Source: Thermofilum pendens Hrk 5 (lineage in GTDB: Archaea > Thermoproteota > Thermoprotei > Thermofilales > Thermofilaceae). From it: DNA of 32,000 nucleotides. The notes under the pieces are model-generated. The model worked only from the letters and a program-made list of their open reading frames with translations. It did no database searches and had not been told where the DNA came from. Where the stretch lies: the NCBI RefSeq assembly GCF_000015225.1, contig NC_008698.1:750001-782000 (forward strand). Direction: 5' to 3'. The position numbers were made by a program, and so were the translations under genes. How positions within the stretch are numbered: the stretch's first letter is position 1; each line of letters starts with the position of its first letter. Of the stretch, positions 31,996 through 32,000 are shown piece by piece.

Positions 31996-32000
31996 ACAAG

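Overview
The window looks like chromosomal DNA from a hyperthermophilic crenarchaeon. This is an inference from archaeal-type GluRS and ProRS, A-type ATPase subunits F/H/E, AGOG, a family-4 UDG, the AcnX mevalonate-pathway pair, two tRNA-Ala genes with non-canonical introns, frequent GTG/TTG starts and 4-nt gene overlaps. About 40 protein genes are supported and most are housekeeping. Four regions stand out. (1) 5.6-8.5 kb is an accessory island. It holds a 57-aa acidic ORF whose start sits inside an array of six phased TGCTAGCA-type palindromes, a four-unit 43-44 bp tandem repeat built around GTTTGTAAACC, about 570 bp of very GC-rich hairpin-dense non-coding DNA (85% GC over 120 bp by hand count), and a compact Shine-Dalgarno-led operon whose last gene looks frameshifted. 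Pieces of this island recur as degraded copies next to tRNA-Ala(GGC) (about 20.15-20.33 kb) and at the window end (31.7-32.0 kb). (2) 8.6-13.5 kb carries a FlaI/PilB-like ATPase and a single-domain T2SS-F platform protein with no visible pilin gene. They are separated by an opposite-strand operon encoding a wHTH/multi-zinc-ribbon protein and a maltokinase-like kinase. (3) 23.1-27.4 kb holds a TIM-barrel epimerase, a long Zn-ADH, a creatininase-family hydrolase and a 2-hydroxyacid dehydrogenase. This resembles the Thermotoga-type IolO/IolM/IolN inositol route. (4) 29.1-31.6 kb pairs a PGM/PMM paralog that has lost its catalytic motifs with a translationally coupled sugar-1-P nucleotidyltransferase. 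I saw no CRISPR array, integrase, transposase or rRNA. All family assignments come from reading motifs by eye; no searches were run.
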